Positions 47,014 through 57,276 of a stretch of 64,000 bases of DNA are shown in pieces (the first letter of the stretch is position 1; each line of letters starts with the position of its first letter). This stretch comes from Elusimicrobiota bacterium (GTDB taxonomy: Bacteria; CAYTYR01; UBA6262). Under the pieces are notes generated by a model. It worked only from the letters and a program-made list of their open reading frames with translations, searched no databases and was not told where the DNA came from. The stretch lies in NCBI GenBank assembly GCA_003153935.1, contig PMCA01000027.1:9405-73404 (forward strand), read 5' to 3'. Position numbers and translations under genes: made by a program.

Positions 47014-50000
47014 TTAAAACTGGATCTGGTTCTCGATGCCTAAGAAGCGCTCCTTTTCATCTATATGCATCTTCAGGTATTTGCTGCCCTTTAGCTGGTA
47101 ATCCATTTCCAGCTGGTGCTTCAATTCCAGCTTATTGGGAATTACGCTTTGCTCCAGAATAGTGTTATACCCGAGAAAAACCCGGTTAGTAAGATATTTT
47201 CCTACTTTAAGCTCTGATCCTTGCCAGATCGAGGTTTGCGGATCGGCTACCGAACGCTGAGCCACTTCGGTCCTGACTTGCACTACATCCACCATTTTAT
47301 CCAGTCCCAGTTTCCGTACGACCGGCCTGATGATCTTGGTATTAAGGGTATTGTCCATGACCTTAAGGAGCTCCCGCACCAGGACTTTGCTCTGGTCTTC
47401 TTTTGCTACGCTGTTCACATCGCTGCCATACATCAATTTGGCGATCACTTTTTCCTGGGGTAACTGCGGGTCGCTGCGGCTGTAAAAGCGCGGCCGCACC
47501 TCTTCCAGTTTGCTTTTGTTCACTTCCAAAACTATGGTATCCGCCGTCACCGCCGCTTCCGCCTGCCCAGCCAGGTAAGCAGTGTTATTATGGAAATCCA
47601 GTTCGGCCTGCCTGATCCGGAAATCCGAACCCAGATACCGCAGCGTGCCCCTTACCGCCACTATTTGTCCGCTGACTTTTATATCTTCTGATGAGCCGGT
47701 AAAGGCCAGCTTACCCTTGATATTAACTTCCGCCAGGTCATTTTCATACCAGGTATTCTCTCCGCTGGTAATGGCCAGGTCCCATTGGGCGCCTGTCCAC
47801 CATCCACCCCCTGACCAATCGGATGTTTTCTTGGGAGGATAGGTGAAATGGGCGTTGGCCAGTTCCAGATCGCCCCCGATGCGATAGCTTTTATACTGAC
47901 CGGCGATTCGCAGAATTCCCTTAACCTCCCCTGTATCGATGAAACCAGGCAGGTTTAACGGCAGGCCGCGGTCGGAAACAGTTTTTACTTCCAGATCTAT
48001 CGTCTCCACACGGCTCCCAGTCAGGGTAAAGTATCCCGTTGCTTGTAAAACGCCCGCCGCAGCCGCCGCGCTAAATTTATCGATGTTGACACGGTTATTT
48101 TCCACGCTTAGCTTCAGCTCCAAATTACTTAATTTTCTTGTTAATAACGCCGGATAGATCTCGCCTTCGTTGATGTTCAGGGACCCGTTAACTACCGGCA
48201 GGTCTGCCGGACCGGTCACCGTGAATCCGGCGGTCATCCTGCCGCTGGCCTTTTTTATCCCGGCGGTCCAGAGCGCCAGCATTTCTGCGGAGCTGTCAGG
48301 TATATTTACGTCCAGGTCGTATTTTCCCTTAGCGCTCAGCGGTATGGCCCCCTTTACATCCAGTTTGTAGCGGTTAGCGCCGGAAAGACTGGCCGATTGG
48401 ATCTGCAGCACTTCGTCCTTCAGCGTGAAGTCGCCCGACAAATCGTCATACCACAACTCTCCTATATACCCCTTATAGGCGTGGAAACTGCCATCCATAT
48501 CCGGGTTTGACCACCGCCCCTGTATATCCAAATTAAAAATGATCTGGCCCGAAACCTCCGTTTTTAACCCTAATAATTCACTGACGGTCGAAGCCGGGAG
48601 TCCCTGGTTCTGTCCGGCCAGGAATAACTGGATCGATCCTGGATACTTGATGCGGCCGTTGGCCTGCAGGACTGTCTTGCCCCGATCCAGCCAGTTAATG
48701 CTTTCCAGGATATATTCGTTTCCACCGGGCATTTTTATCTTACCTGTCAGCCAGGTATCCTTTTTACTAAGCGGCAACAAGTCTATCTCATCCTGGGTCC
48801 AGGCCAGACGGATCTTGTCGCCGCTAAAAAGGTGCTGGTTGACATATAAGCTTTTCAGAGTCAGAGCGCAATCATGTTCATCACCGCGGCAGGATACTTC
48901 CCCGAACAGCAAAATATTATTGAAATTAATATTACGCAATCCCAGGGTAAGATCAAAATTGAGGGTTTGGTCTTCCCGCCAGCCGATCTTGCTGCCCGGA
49001 ACCAGGAATAATTTTCCCTGGCCATTCTCGCTCACCAGGTTGCTGAAGGTGACGGTCCGGTCGGCGAAAGTAAGATCGCCGCTCAGGCCCTTGGACTTGA
49101 ATCCGCGGTAAACAAGATCATTCACCACCAGGTTGCAGGCAGCCCGGGGATCTTGACGAGTCCCGGAGACCTTAATTTCCGCTTGGGCTATCCCTGCTAA
49201 TCCGTCTTGCTTTATTAACTTGCCCAGGTTAGCCAAGCCGGCCTGCTGGATATTGACATGCAGCCACCAGGGAAGGTCCGGGGCAGCGGGTATTTTGCCA
49301 ACCAGGAGATAATCCTCTTTTTCCTGCTTTATTTCCAGGTTGGTCAGATAGAGGATCCGGTCATGCCAGCGCCATTCTCCCGTCAGATCAGAAAAAACGA
49401 ACCCGCGCCACTGTCCGTTCGCCATCGTGATCCGGCCGTCTATTTGCGGCGCGTACAGTGAGCCGCTAAGATCTGCTACTATTTTTAGAGACCCGCCCGC
49501 CGCCGTCAATTCCGGTATATTCCATAAACGTCCGGCCGCGCTGATTCCGGACAGGTTTATACGGGCCGTTCCGCTTATCTGCGGCTGCCGGCCCATGGCG
49601 ATTTTACCTTCCAGTATATATTCGTCGTTAAGATCAGCGTTGAAATTCAGTTCATTATCATGGAGCAGGCAGCTGCTGTATAATACTACCGGCTGGTCAT
49701 TAAGGACCAGATGTTCGCTGGCTATTCTTCCGGTAAAATCAATTTTCCCGTTATATTGCAATTTACCCTTAAGTCCCAGGTGGCCGTTAACTTTAAGCTT
49801 CGCCCACTGGAAATCCTTCATTTCGCTCTGGAGCTCAACCGTATTTTCCTTGCCCTTTTGCAAATCGGCGTTCCAGGAAACTTCCAGGCTTCCCGGCGGA
49901 GCCACAGAGGTAACACTGCCTTGGCAGCCTTTGTTTTCCAGGAAATTAAAAGTAGCTTTGTAGTCGGCGGTATTAAGATCTCCGCGTACCTCGAACTTGC

Positions 50001-51864
50001 CCGGCGCTCCAGCCAGGTGGAAATTTCCTTTTACCGGCATTTTAACCTGGGCGACAGACAGGTCATCGCTGTAGAAAGCCACCTGTAATTCAGGCTTAGC
50101 CAGCGTGCCGTTAAAAGAACCGTTAATAGTAAGACCGCCGGACAGCTTATTTGTTCCAATAAAAGGCGCCAGTTCCTGTGCCGGCAGGTCCTTACCGGCG
50201 ATGGCCAGATTGATTCTTTTATCCGCGCCGGCAGTCAGGGTACCGTGGATATTGAGCTGGCCCTGGTTAGCGAACATTACCAGTAACTTGTTCAAAACGA
50301 TCTGCTGTGGCTTAAGTTCCAGCACCCCGTTGAAACTGGCCGCCGGTTCCGCCCTCCGGCCCGAAAATATAAGCTGCTTTTTTTGCGTCCGGAAATCGGC
50401 GCTAAAGTCCCCGCAGGGACGTTCATGGTAGAGTACTCCCCGCAGGGTAGCCACGCCGGCTCCCTGCAGATCCGGCCAAGTACCCCGGCCGGAAAATCTA
50501 AGGTAGCCTTTTCCTGACCAGCCGTATTGGTTAAGAACGGCCAAAGAAAAATGTTCCCAATTCATGTCCGCAGCCAGTATCTCAGGCGGCGCATTATCCC
50601 GTATGGCTATCATGCCGGTAGCCGCCAGCGGTCCTTGCGCCAGTTGCAGGGTCAGATTCTGTATGGTCAATACTCTGTCCTGCCAGGCCGCAGCCATTTG
50701 CAATTGCTTGAAAGGCCAGCCGGCGATCTCTCCTTGAGCGGCGTCAAGAGTCGTGTCGATCTTAAACTTTCCCGGCAGGCCAGACAGCATGACCGCTATC
50801 TGCCCGGTACCTTTCAATTGCCAGCCGGACCGGTATTTTTCTCCGGCCAGGGACAGGACATCACCCAGGTTAAAGTCCGCTGATTTGATGTCGATATGGA
50901 AATCCGGAGCAGGTCCCCGATAGGAGTCGATAGTGCCGGTAAGGGTATAAGTAGAAGACCACAGGCTGAAGTTCAGGTCCTGAAAATTTATTTTTTCGCT
51001 ATTAAAATCGAGAGTAGCGCGGTTTACAGTCAGGGGAGAAGATATTTGGTCCAGGTGAATAACAGCCCCGGCGGAACGCGCTGTGCCCGTATAAGAGAAG
51101 GCAGCCGGAGCGCGCAGGTTGTAATGCAGGTCCAAGTGGGTGTCGATCTCCCCGGCGGTAACCGTCCACCCAGTTTGACCCAGCCACTTGGCCAATGGCT
51201 GCAGGTTCACTTTAGTCAGATCAGCGGCCAGTTCGACCTGGGCCCGCCCCGGGTCATAATTTCCCGAGAGCACCCAATGATCTTTCCTGCTCAGGTTAGA
51301 GGCGAAGCGCAGGCGGAAACTGTACCAGCCGTTGTCGGCCGGGGTCACCAGGCCGTTAATTTTCCTGAACTGGACCTCGCCAACCCGGCCCGTGTCTTCT
51401 ATGATAATGACGGTACCGTTCTTTACGGTCAACCGGCCGGTAAAACCTTTCCCGTCATGCGCCGGGATATTTACCAACCCCGCCAGGTCCCAGCGGCCTT
51501 TTTGGCAAGTACCTGTCACGACCGGATCAACCAGGACTATTTCCTTCAGGCTGGAGTCAAAATCCCGGGAAAGCAACAATTTCCACCAGCTGAAGCGCAG
51601 GGCGATTTTTTTTACTTCTGCCACCGGCGCCGCTCCGCGAGTACCCGTTAATTTCAAATCGTTAATATTTATCGCGTTAATAAAATTAGCGCTGACGGAG
51701 CCAACGGTCACTTCGGCGTTGAACAATTTGCGAATTTGGGTTAGGACCGGCTTCTGTACTTCTTTGAGCAAAAGGCCGGAGAACCAATAATTAACGGTTA
51801 TCAGGCCCAGGGCTAAAAAAATACATGCTGTTATCAGCACAGTAAATTTCTTGGAACGACTCAT
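47014..51864 (-). CDS. tamB: TamB/AsmA-family large beta-taco protein (DUF490 C-terminus)
   Basis: N-terminal TM, repeated GTLAKP/GSLYAP/GPADLP motifs, C-terminal VGKYLT..VFLGY; directly upstream of bamA. Likely start ATG 51864. Confidence 0.8.
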   Translation of the reverse strand: MSRSKKFTVLITACIFLALGLITVNYWFSGLLLKEVQKPVLTQIRKLFNAEVTVGSVSANFINAININDLKLTGTRGAAPVAEVKKIALRFSWWKLLLSRDFDSSLKEIVLVDPVVTGTCQKGRWDLAGLVNIPAHDGKGFTGRLTVKNGTVIIIEDTGRVGEVQFRKINGLVTPADNGWYSFRLRFASNLSRKDHWVLSGNYDPGRAQVELAADLTKVNLQPLAKWLGQTGWTVTAGEIDTHLDLHYNLRAPAAFSYTGTARSAGAVIHLDQISSPLTVNRATLDFNSEKINFQDLNFSLWSSTYTLTGTIDSYRGPAPDFHIDIKSADFNLGDVLSLAGEKYRSGWQLKGTGQIAVMLSGLPGKFKIDTTLDAAQGEIAGWPFKQLQMAAAWQDRVLTIQNLTLQLAQGPLAATGMIAIRDNAPPEILAADMNWEHFSLAVLNQYGWSGKGYLRFSGRGTWPDLQGAGVATLRGVLYHERPCGDFSADFRTQKKQLIFSGRRAEPAASFNGVLELKPQQIVLNKLLVMFANQGQLNIHGTLTAGADKRINLAIAGKDLPAQELAPFIGTNKLSGGLTINGSFNGTLAKPELQVAFYSDDLSVAQVKMPVKGNFHLAGAPGKFEVRGDLNTADYKATFNFLENKGCQGSVTSVAPPGSLEVSWNADLQKGKENTVELQSEMKDFQWAKLKVNGHLGLKGKLQYNGKIDFTGRIASEHLVLNDQPVVLYSSCLLHDNELNFNADLNDEYILEGKIAMGRQPQISGTARINLSGISAAGRLWNIPELTAAGGSLKIVADLSGSLYAPQIDGRITMANGQWRGFVFSDLTGEWRWHDRILYLTNLEIKQEKEDYLLVGKIPAAPDLPWWLHVNIQQAGLANLGKLIKQDGLAGIAQAEIKVSGTRQDPRAACNLVVNDLVYRGFKSKGLSGDLTFADRTVTFSNLVSENGQGKLFLVPGSKIGWREDQTLNFDLTLGLRNINFNNILLFGEVSCRGDEHDCALTLKSLYVNQHLFSGDKIRLAWTQDEIDLLPLSKKDTWLTGKIKMPGGNEYILESINWLDRGKTVLQANGRIKYPGSIQLFLAGQNQGLPASTVSELLGLKTEVSGQIIFNLDIQGRWSNPDMDGSFHAYKGYIGELWYDDLSGDFTLKDEVLQIQSASLSGANRYKLDVKGAIPLSAKGKYDLDVNIPDSSAEMLALWTAGIKKASGRMTAGFTVTGPADLPVVNGSLNINEGEIYPALLTRKLSNLELKLSVENNRVNIDKFSAAAAAGVLQATGYFTLTGSRVETIDLEVKTVSDRGLPLNLPGFIDTGEVKGILRIAGQYKSYRIGGDLELANAHFTYPPKKTSDWSGGGWWTGAQWDLAITSGENTWYENDLAEVNIKGKLAFTGSSEDIKVSGQIVAVRGTLRYLGSDFRIRQAELDFHNNTAYLAGQAEAAVTADTIVLEVNKSKLEEVRPRFYSRSDPQLPQEKVIAKLMYGSDVNSVAKEDQSKVLVRELLKVMDNTLNTKIIRPVVRKLGLDKMVDVVQVRTEVAQRSVADPQTSIWQGSELKVGKYLTNRVFLGYNTILEQSVIPNKLELKHQLEMDYQLKGSKYLKMHIDEKERFLGIENQIQF

Positions 51865-51875
51865 CTTATCCTTCA

Positions 51876-51901
51876 AAATAGAGGCCCCGCGACAGCGGGG
51901 C
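51876..51901 (-). terminator. Hairpin/terminator downstream of clpC
   Basis: Minus strand GCCCCGC-TGTC-GCGGGGC followed by CTCTATTTT. Confidence 0.55.
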
Positions 51902-51921
51902 GCCTATTCATTTAACGGAAA

Positions 51922-54396
51922 TTAAGTAGAAGATATACCGGCTAACTGTTTGAAGACGACCTTCTCGCCAGCCAGGGAGATCATGATCGGCTTGGTCGGT
52001 TCGATGGTTTTTGAGAGTAGTTCTTCGGCCAGGGGATCTTCCAGGTATTTCTGGATAGCCCGGCGCAGAGGGCGCGCCCCGAACTTCGGGTCAAACCCTT
52101 TTTCCACCAGGAATTCTTTAACAGTTTTATCGATCTTCAGCTCTATATTCTGGTCGCGCATGCGTTCCGCCACTTTGTTCAGCATCAATTCCACTATCTG
52201 CCGCATCTCATCCCTGCCCAGCGACTGGAATACAATCACTTCATCGATACGATTGAGGAATTCAGGATTGAAAACCTTCTTGACTTCCTCCAGCACCGTG
52301 TCTTTCATTTCCTGGTAAGTTTTGACGCTGTCTTCGGTCCCTTTGAAGCCCATCGTTTTACCTTTTTCAATGAGCCTGGCGCCAATATTGGAAGTCATGA
52401 TGATAATTGTGTTCTTGAAATTAACCGTGTGTCCCAGGTTATCGGTAAGCTTGCCCTCATCCAGGACCTGCAACATGATATTGAATACGTCCGGATGCGC
52501 TTTTTCGATCTCATCCAGCAACACCACTGAATAAGGTTTCCGGCGTACCTGCTCGGTCAGCTGGCCGCCTTCTTCATAACCGACATATCCCGGAGGGGCG
52601 CCGATCAGGCGGGAAACGGCAAATTTTTCCATGAATTCGCTCATGTCCACCCGGATCACCGCTTCCTCGTTGCCAAACAAAAAGTCGGCCAGGGTGCGGG
52701 CCAGTTCGGTCTTTCCTACCCCGGTGGGCCCCAGGAAAATAAAGGAACCGGTTGGCCGGCGCGGGTCTTTCAAGCCGGTACGCGAACGGCGCACCGCTTG
52801 CGAGATGATCTGGATCGCCTCGTCCTGTCCGATCACGCGCCGGTGCAGGTCCTGCTCCATATGCACCAGCTTGGACTGTTCTTTTTCCGTGATCTTCAAG
52901 GTCGGGATCCCGGTCATTTTGGAAACTATATAAGCTATATCCTGTTCGCCGACTTCCGCGTCTTTTTTATTGCGCTTAACCGCCCAGTCTTTTTTAGTTT
53001 TATCCAGTTTGCCTTTTAATTCTTTCTCCCGGTCGCGCAGCTTGGCGGCGAATTCAAAGTCCTGCCGTCCGGTAGCGTCCTTCTTTTCTTTTTCCAGCAG
53101 TTCGATCTGTTCTTCGATCGATTTCAGATCCGGCGGGACCATGGTCGCCTGCAGGCGCACCCGCGACGCCGCTTCATCCATCAGGTCGATCGCTTTATCC
53201 GGCTGGAACCGGTCGGTAATGTAACGGTCGGATAATTCCGCCGCCGCATCAACGGCTTCATCGGTTATTTTCACGTGATGATGGGCCTCATACCGGTCGC
53301 GCAGGCCCCGCAAGATCTCCTTGGTTTCCTCCACTGAAGGCGGTTCCACCACGATCGGCTGGAACCGGCGCTCCAGCGCCGCGTCATGCTCTATATATTT
53401 GCGGTATTCGTCAAAGGTAGTAGCGCCTACGCACTGCAACTCGCCGCGGCTCAAAGCCGGTTTCAGGATATTGGAAGCATCGATCGCCCCCTCGGCGGCG
53501 CCGGCACCGACCACGGTATGCAATTCGTCGATAAATAGAATTATGGAGTTCTTGGCCCGGCGGATCTCCTCCATGATAGTCTTCAGGCGTTGTTCGAACT
53601 CGCCGCGATATTTAGTGCCGGCGATCATGCCCGCCAGGTCCAGGGTCAGGACCCGTTTATTAAGCAGGGCCTCCGGTACGTTATTGTTGATGATCTGCTC
53701 TGCCAGTCCTTCGACAATGGCGGTCTTTCCCACGCCGGGTTCGCCGATCAGCGCAGGATTGTTCTTGGTCCGCCGCGATAATATCTGGATGACCCTTTCG
53801 ATCTCGCCGCGGCGCCCGATTACCGGGTCCAGCTTCCCCTCTTTAGCCAGCACCGTCAGGTCGCGGCAAAAGGAATCAAGGGTTGGGGTAGTCGATTTGT
53901 TTTTATAGCGCGGCGTCGTAGTTACCTCTTCTTTTTCGCTATTGGTTTCCCGGATATCCTGGTCGCTCAGGACATTAATAATTTCTTCCCTGACCCGTTC
54001 CAGGTTGATACCCAGCGAGGTCAGTACCTTAGCGGCCACCCCTTGTCCTTCGCGCAGCAGGCCCAGCAGTATGTGCTCGGTGCCGACGTAGGCATGGCCC
54101 ATGGTTTGCGCTTCTTCCACCGCCAGTTCCAAAACCTTCTTGGCCCGGGGCGTAAAAGGAACTTCCCCGATCAACAGGGTATTAGTGCCGCTGCCCACCA
54201 CTTTCTCTATTTCTTTCTGGACTTTTTTCAGATCCAGGTCCAGATTGGCCAGCACCAGCGAGGCCACCCCTTCATCCAGGATGACCAGGCCCAACAGCAG
54301 GTGTTCCGTGCCCAGATAATCGTGGCCCAGACGTTTTACCTCGTTCTGTGCCTGGATTATCGCGCGCTGCGCCCTTTCCGTGAAACGATTAAACAT
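51922..54396 (-). CDS. clpC: ATP-dependent Clp protease ATPase subunit ClpC
   Basis: MFNRFTERA Clp-N repeats, [11 protein letters not shown]-type middle domain, [11 protein letters not shown] ClpP-docking loop. Confidence 0.96.
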   Translation of the reverse strand: MFNRFTERAQRAIIQAQNEVKRLGHDYLGTEHLLLGLVILDEGVASLVLANLDLDLKKVQKEIEKVVGSGTNTLLIGEVPFTPRAKKVLELAVEEAQTMGHAYVGTEHILLGLLREGQGVAAKVLTSLGINLERVREEIINVLSDQDIRETNSEKEEVTTTPRYKNKSTTPTLDSFCRDLTVLAKEGKLDPVIGRRGEIERVIQILSRRTKNNPALIGEPGVGKTAIVEGLAEQIINNNVPEALLNKRVLTLDLAGMIAGTKYRGEFEQRLKTIMEEIRRAKNSIILFIDELHTVVGAGAAEGAIDASNILKPALSRGELQCVGATTFDEYRKYIEHDAALERRFQPIVVEPPSVEETKEILRGLRDRYEAHHHVKITDEAVDAAAELSDRYITDRFQPDKAIDLMDEAASRVRLQATMVPPDLKSIEEQIELLEKEKKDATGRQDFEFAAKLRDREKELKGKLDKTKKDWAVKRNKKDAEVGEQDIAYIVSKMTGIPTLKITEKEQSKLVHMEQDLHRRVIGQDEAIQIISQAVRRSRTGLKDPRRPTGSFIFLGPTGVGKTELARTLADFLFGNEEAVIRVDMSEFMEKFAVSRLIGAPPGYVGYEEGGQLTEQVRRKPYSVVLLDEIEKAHPDVFNIMLQVLDEGKLTDNLGHTVNFKNTIIIMTSNIGARLIEKGKTMGFKGTEDSVKTYQEMKDTVLEEVKKVFNPEFLNRIDEVIVFQSLGRDEMRQIVELMLNKVAERMRDQNIELKIDKTVKEFLVEKGFDPKFGARPLRRAIQKYLEDPLAEELLSKTIEPTKPIMISLAGEKVVFKQLAGISST

Positions 54397-54412
54397 ATTT
54401 TTTTACTCCTTG

Positions 54413-55288
54413 TTAATATATTTCCGTTCCTTCATTAGCGGTTAATTTTTTAAATTCCGCTATTAATTTCAGCGTGGTTTTGCCCGGATGGCCGTTGCCG
54501 ATCACGCGGCCGTCTATCCGCACCACCGGCACCACCTCCGCGGCCGTTCCGGTCAGGAAACATTCCTCAGCTGTAAACAGGTCGTAGCGGGTGAAAACTT
54601 CTTCCTGGCAAACTATCTTGTTCCTGGTCGCCAGCTCCATGACCGCCTTCCGGGTAACTCCCTCCAGCGCTCCCAGGTAGGTCGGCGGCGTCTTCAATAT
54701 CTTATCCTTAAGAATGAAAATATTGTCGCCGGTGCATTCCGCCACATAACCGTCCTTGGTTAACATGATGGCTTCAGGCGCGTTCTGCAGCGTAGCTTCC
54801 ATTTTTCCCAGGATGCTGTTCAGGTAATTCAATGATTTTATCCTGGGGCTCAAGGCCTCCGGTATGTTCTTCCGGGTGGACGCGGTAACGATCGTCAGGC
54901 CCAGGCGGTAGAATTCCTCCGGATACAGCGAGATCTTGCCGGCGATGCAAAAAACCGTCGGTTTGGGACATTTGCGCGGATCCAATCCCAGGTCCCCGAC
55001 CCCGCGGGTGACCACCAGGCGGATGTATCCGTCCCGCAGTTTATTAGCACGCAAAGTTTTCAGAACAACCTGCTCCATTTCCTCCGCCGGGAAGGGAATA
55101 CAAAGGTTTATGGCTTTAGCTGAATTATACAGCCGGTCAAGGTGTTCCGCTAAACGAAAAACTTTACCGTTGTAAGCGCGGATGCCTTCGAACACCCCGT
55201 CGCCGTACAATAAGCCATGGTCAAAAACGCTGATCTTCGCGTCTTCCTTATTCACTAATTTCCCGTCCAAATAAATTTTTAATCCCAT
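54413..55288 (-). CDS. ilvE: Branched-chain amino acid aminotransferase
   Basis: DHGLLYGDGVFEGIR, KSLNY, LEGVTR, FLTGTAAEV. Confidence 0.95.
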   Translation of the reverse strand: MGLKIYLDGKLVNKEDAKISVFDHGLLYGDGVFEGIRAYNGKVFRLAEHLDRLYNSAKAINLCIPFPAEEMEQVVLKTLRANKLRDGYIRLVVTRGVGDLGLDPRKCPKPTVFCIAGKISLYPEEFYRLGLTIVTASTRKNIPEALSPRIKSLNYLNSILGKMEATLQNAPEAIMLTKDGYVAECTGDNIFILKDKILKTPPTYLGALEGVTRKAVMELATRNKIVCQEEVFTRYDLFTAEECFLTGTAAEVVPVVRIDGRVIGNGHPGKTTLKLIAEFKKLTANEGTEIY

Positions 55289-55298
55289 TTTAATCTCC

Positions 55299-56036
55299 TT
55301 AAGATACTGTCCTGCCGTCTTTTAATTTTATTACACGTTGCGCCTTTTTGGCGTACTCATCGTTATGGGTCACCATTATGACTGTTTTGCCTTCTACCTC
55401 ATGGATCCGCTGCAACAGCCGCATGATCTCCAGACTGGCCTTGTAATCCAGGTTACCCGTAGGCTCATCGGCCAGGATCACGTCGGGATTAGCGATGATT
55501 GCGCGGGCTATAGCTACCCGCTGCTGCTCCCCACCGGAAAGCTGCGAGGGAAAATGCTGGCTGCGTTCCCGTAAATTAACTTTGTCCAGGATCTCTTCCG
55601 CCTGTACGCGAAAACTATCGCCCAGGTTCAAAGTGCTTTCCCTGATGAAGAATGGCATCAAAACATTCTCCAGCACGGTAAATTCCGGCAGCAAATGATA
55701 GAATTGGAAGATGAACCCTATCTTTTGGTCCCGCAAGAGCGCCAGCTTACCTTCATTTAGCGTCGCCGCATCGGTATCTTCAAAAATAACCTGTCCGGTG
55801 GTGGGCAGGTCCAGCAAGCCCAGTAAATGAAGCAGCGTGCTTTTACCGGCGCCGCTGGGGCCGATGATGGCGGTAAACTCGCCGCGACGGAACTCCAGGT
55901 CCAGTCCCTTCAGCACTCTTAACTCCTGCTCATCCTGGTAATAACTTTTAACCAGGTTGGCGGCGCGGATCACGACCGGACTATCCGGTGTGACTATGGT
56001 CGTTTCTATATTCTCAAAACTTAGCTGATCATTCAT
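55299..56036 (-). CDS. lolD: Lipoprotein-releasing system ATP-binding protein
   Basis: [35 protein letters not shown]; follows lolC/E. Confidence 0.9.
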   Translation of the reverse strand: MNDQLSFENIETTIVTPDSPVVIRAANLVKSYYQDEQELRVLKGLDLEFRRGEFTAIIGPSGAGKSTLLHLLGLLDLPTTGQVIFEDTDAATLNEGKLALLRDQKIGFIFQFYHLLPEFTVLENVLMPFFIRESTLNLGDSFRVQAEEILDKVNLRERSQHFPSQLSGGEQQRVAIARAIIANPDVILADEPTGNLDYKASLEIMRLLQRIHEVEGKTVIMVTHNDEYAKKAQRVIKLKDGRTVS

Positions 56037-57276
56037 ATCTTATCGCCTCTACAGGATTTAGCCGTGATGCCTTGTATGACGGATAGACTGTCGCCAGAAA
56101 ACTGATCGCCAGCGCCGCGATAGCTATTATCAGGCCATCGCTTAATTGCATTTTTACCGGCAGGTAACTCAAATAATACACGTCACCGGGTAATTTAATT
56201 ATCTTATAGGCCGCCTGCAGGTAGCACAAAATGGAACCGATAATGGTTCCCGCCACCAGGCCGATCGCGCCGATGATCAAACCTTCGTAGATAAATATGT
56301 TCATGATACTGCGGCGGGTGGCGCCAATGGCCCGCAGGATACCGATGGAACGGGTCTTCTGGATCGTAATTATCATCAAAGTGCCGACGATGTTGAAACA
56401 GGCCACCAGCACGATCAGGGTCAGGATAACGAACATGGTAATTTTTTCCAGTTTCAGTGCGCTGAACAGGTTACGGTTCATCTGTACCCAGCTGCGCACC
56501 CAGAACGACGGCCCGAGCGCGGTCTGTAATTTGCCGGCGATCGCTTCGGCCTGCAGGGAATCCTTGGTTTTGACCTCTATTCCGCTAACCTTATTCTTCA
56601 CGCCGAAAATATTCTGGGCGGTTTCCAGCGGTATATAGGCCAGGTTGCTGTCGTATTCGAAATGTCCCGAGTCAAAAATCCCCGCCACCTTGAATTTCCG
56701 CATCAGCGGGATTATGCCTACGCCGCTGGACACGGACTGGGAAGAGATCAACAGCAGGTCTTCATTCAGCCCTACCCCCAGCGTGCGCGCCAGGTCTCGG
56801 CCTATCACTATGCCTTCCACCACCGGACCCTTGGCGTTTTTCTTGATTTTCCTGGGGTTCAGGCCGTCCAGATTGCCGGAGACCAGGTAGACCGAAATGT
56901 CGGTCACCTTTGTTAACTGTGCCGGTAACACCCCTTTTATAAAAACTCCGGTCCCGTTCTGTTGCGATTTCAAAATGGCCTGCCCGTAAACCACGGGGCT
57001 GGTGCCGGTAACTTCCTTGTTTTCTTCGATCTTTTTGGCCACCTGCTGATAATTGCCGAAACCGCTGGACTCCTGGCTGGTCACGACCAGATGGGCGCTC
57101 ATGCCCAGGATCTTGGCGCGCAGGTCATTCTGCATGCCATTCATCACCGACAGCGTGATAATAAGAGCAGCTACGCCTACCGCCACCCCCGCTATCGAGA
57201 TCAGGCTTATTAGTGACAGGAAGGTTTGTCCCTTCCTGAATTTCAAGTATCTCAGGGCCACGCCCAGTTCAAACAT
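56029..57276 (-). CDS. lolE: Lipoprotein-releasing system permease LolC/E (single copy, LolF-type)
   Basis: [38 protein letters not shown]. Confidence 0.9.
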   Translation of the reverse strand: MFELGVALRYLKFRKGQTFLSLISLISIAGVAVGVAALIITLSVMNGMQNDLRAKILGMSAHLVVTSQESSGFGNYQQVAKKIEENKEVTGTSPVVYGQAILKSQQNGTGVFIKGVLPAQLTKVTDISVYLVSGNLDGLNPRKIKKNAKGPVVEGIVIGRDLARTLGVGLNEDLLLISSQSVSSGVGIIPLMRKFKVAGIFDSGHFEYDSNLAYIPLETAQNIFGVKNKVSGIEVKTKDSLQAEAIAGKLQTALGPSFWVRSWVQMNRNLFSALKLEKITMFVILTLIVLVACFNIVGTLMIITIQKTRSIGILRAIGATRRSIMNIFIYEGLIIGAIGLVAGTIIGSILCYLQAAYKIIKLPGDVYYLSYLPVKMQLSDGLIIAIAALAISFLATVYPSYKASRLNPVEAIRYE

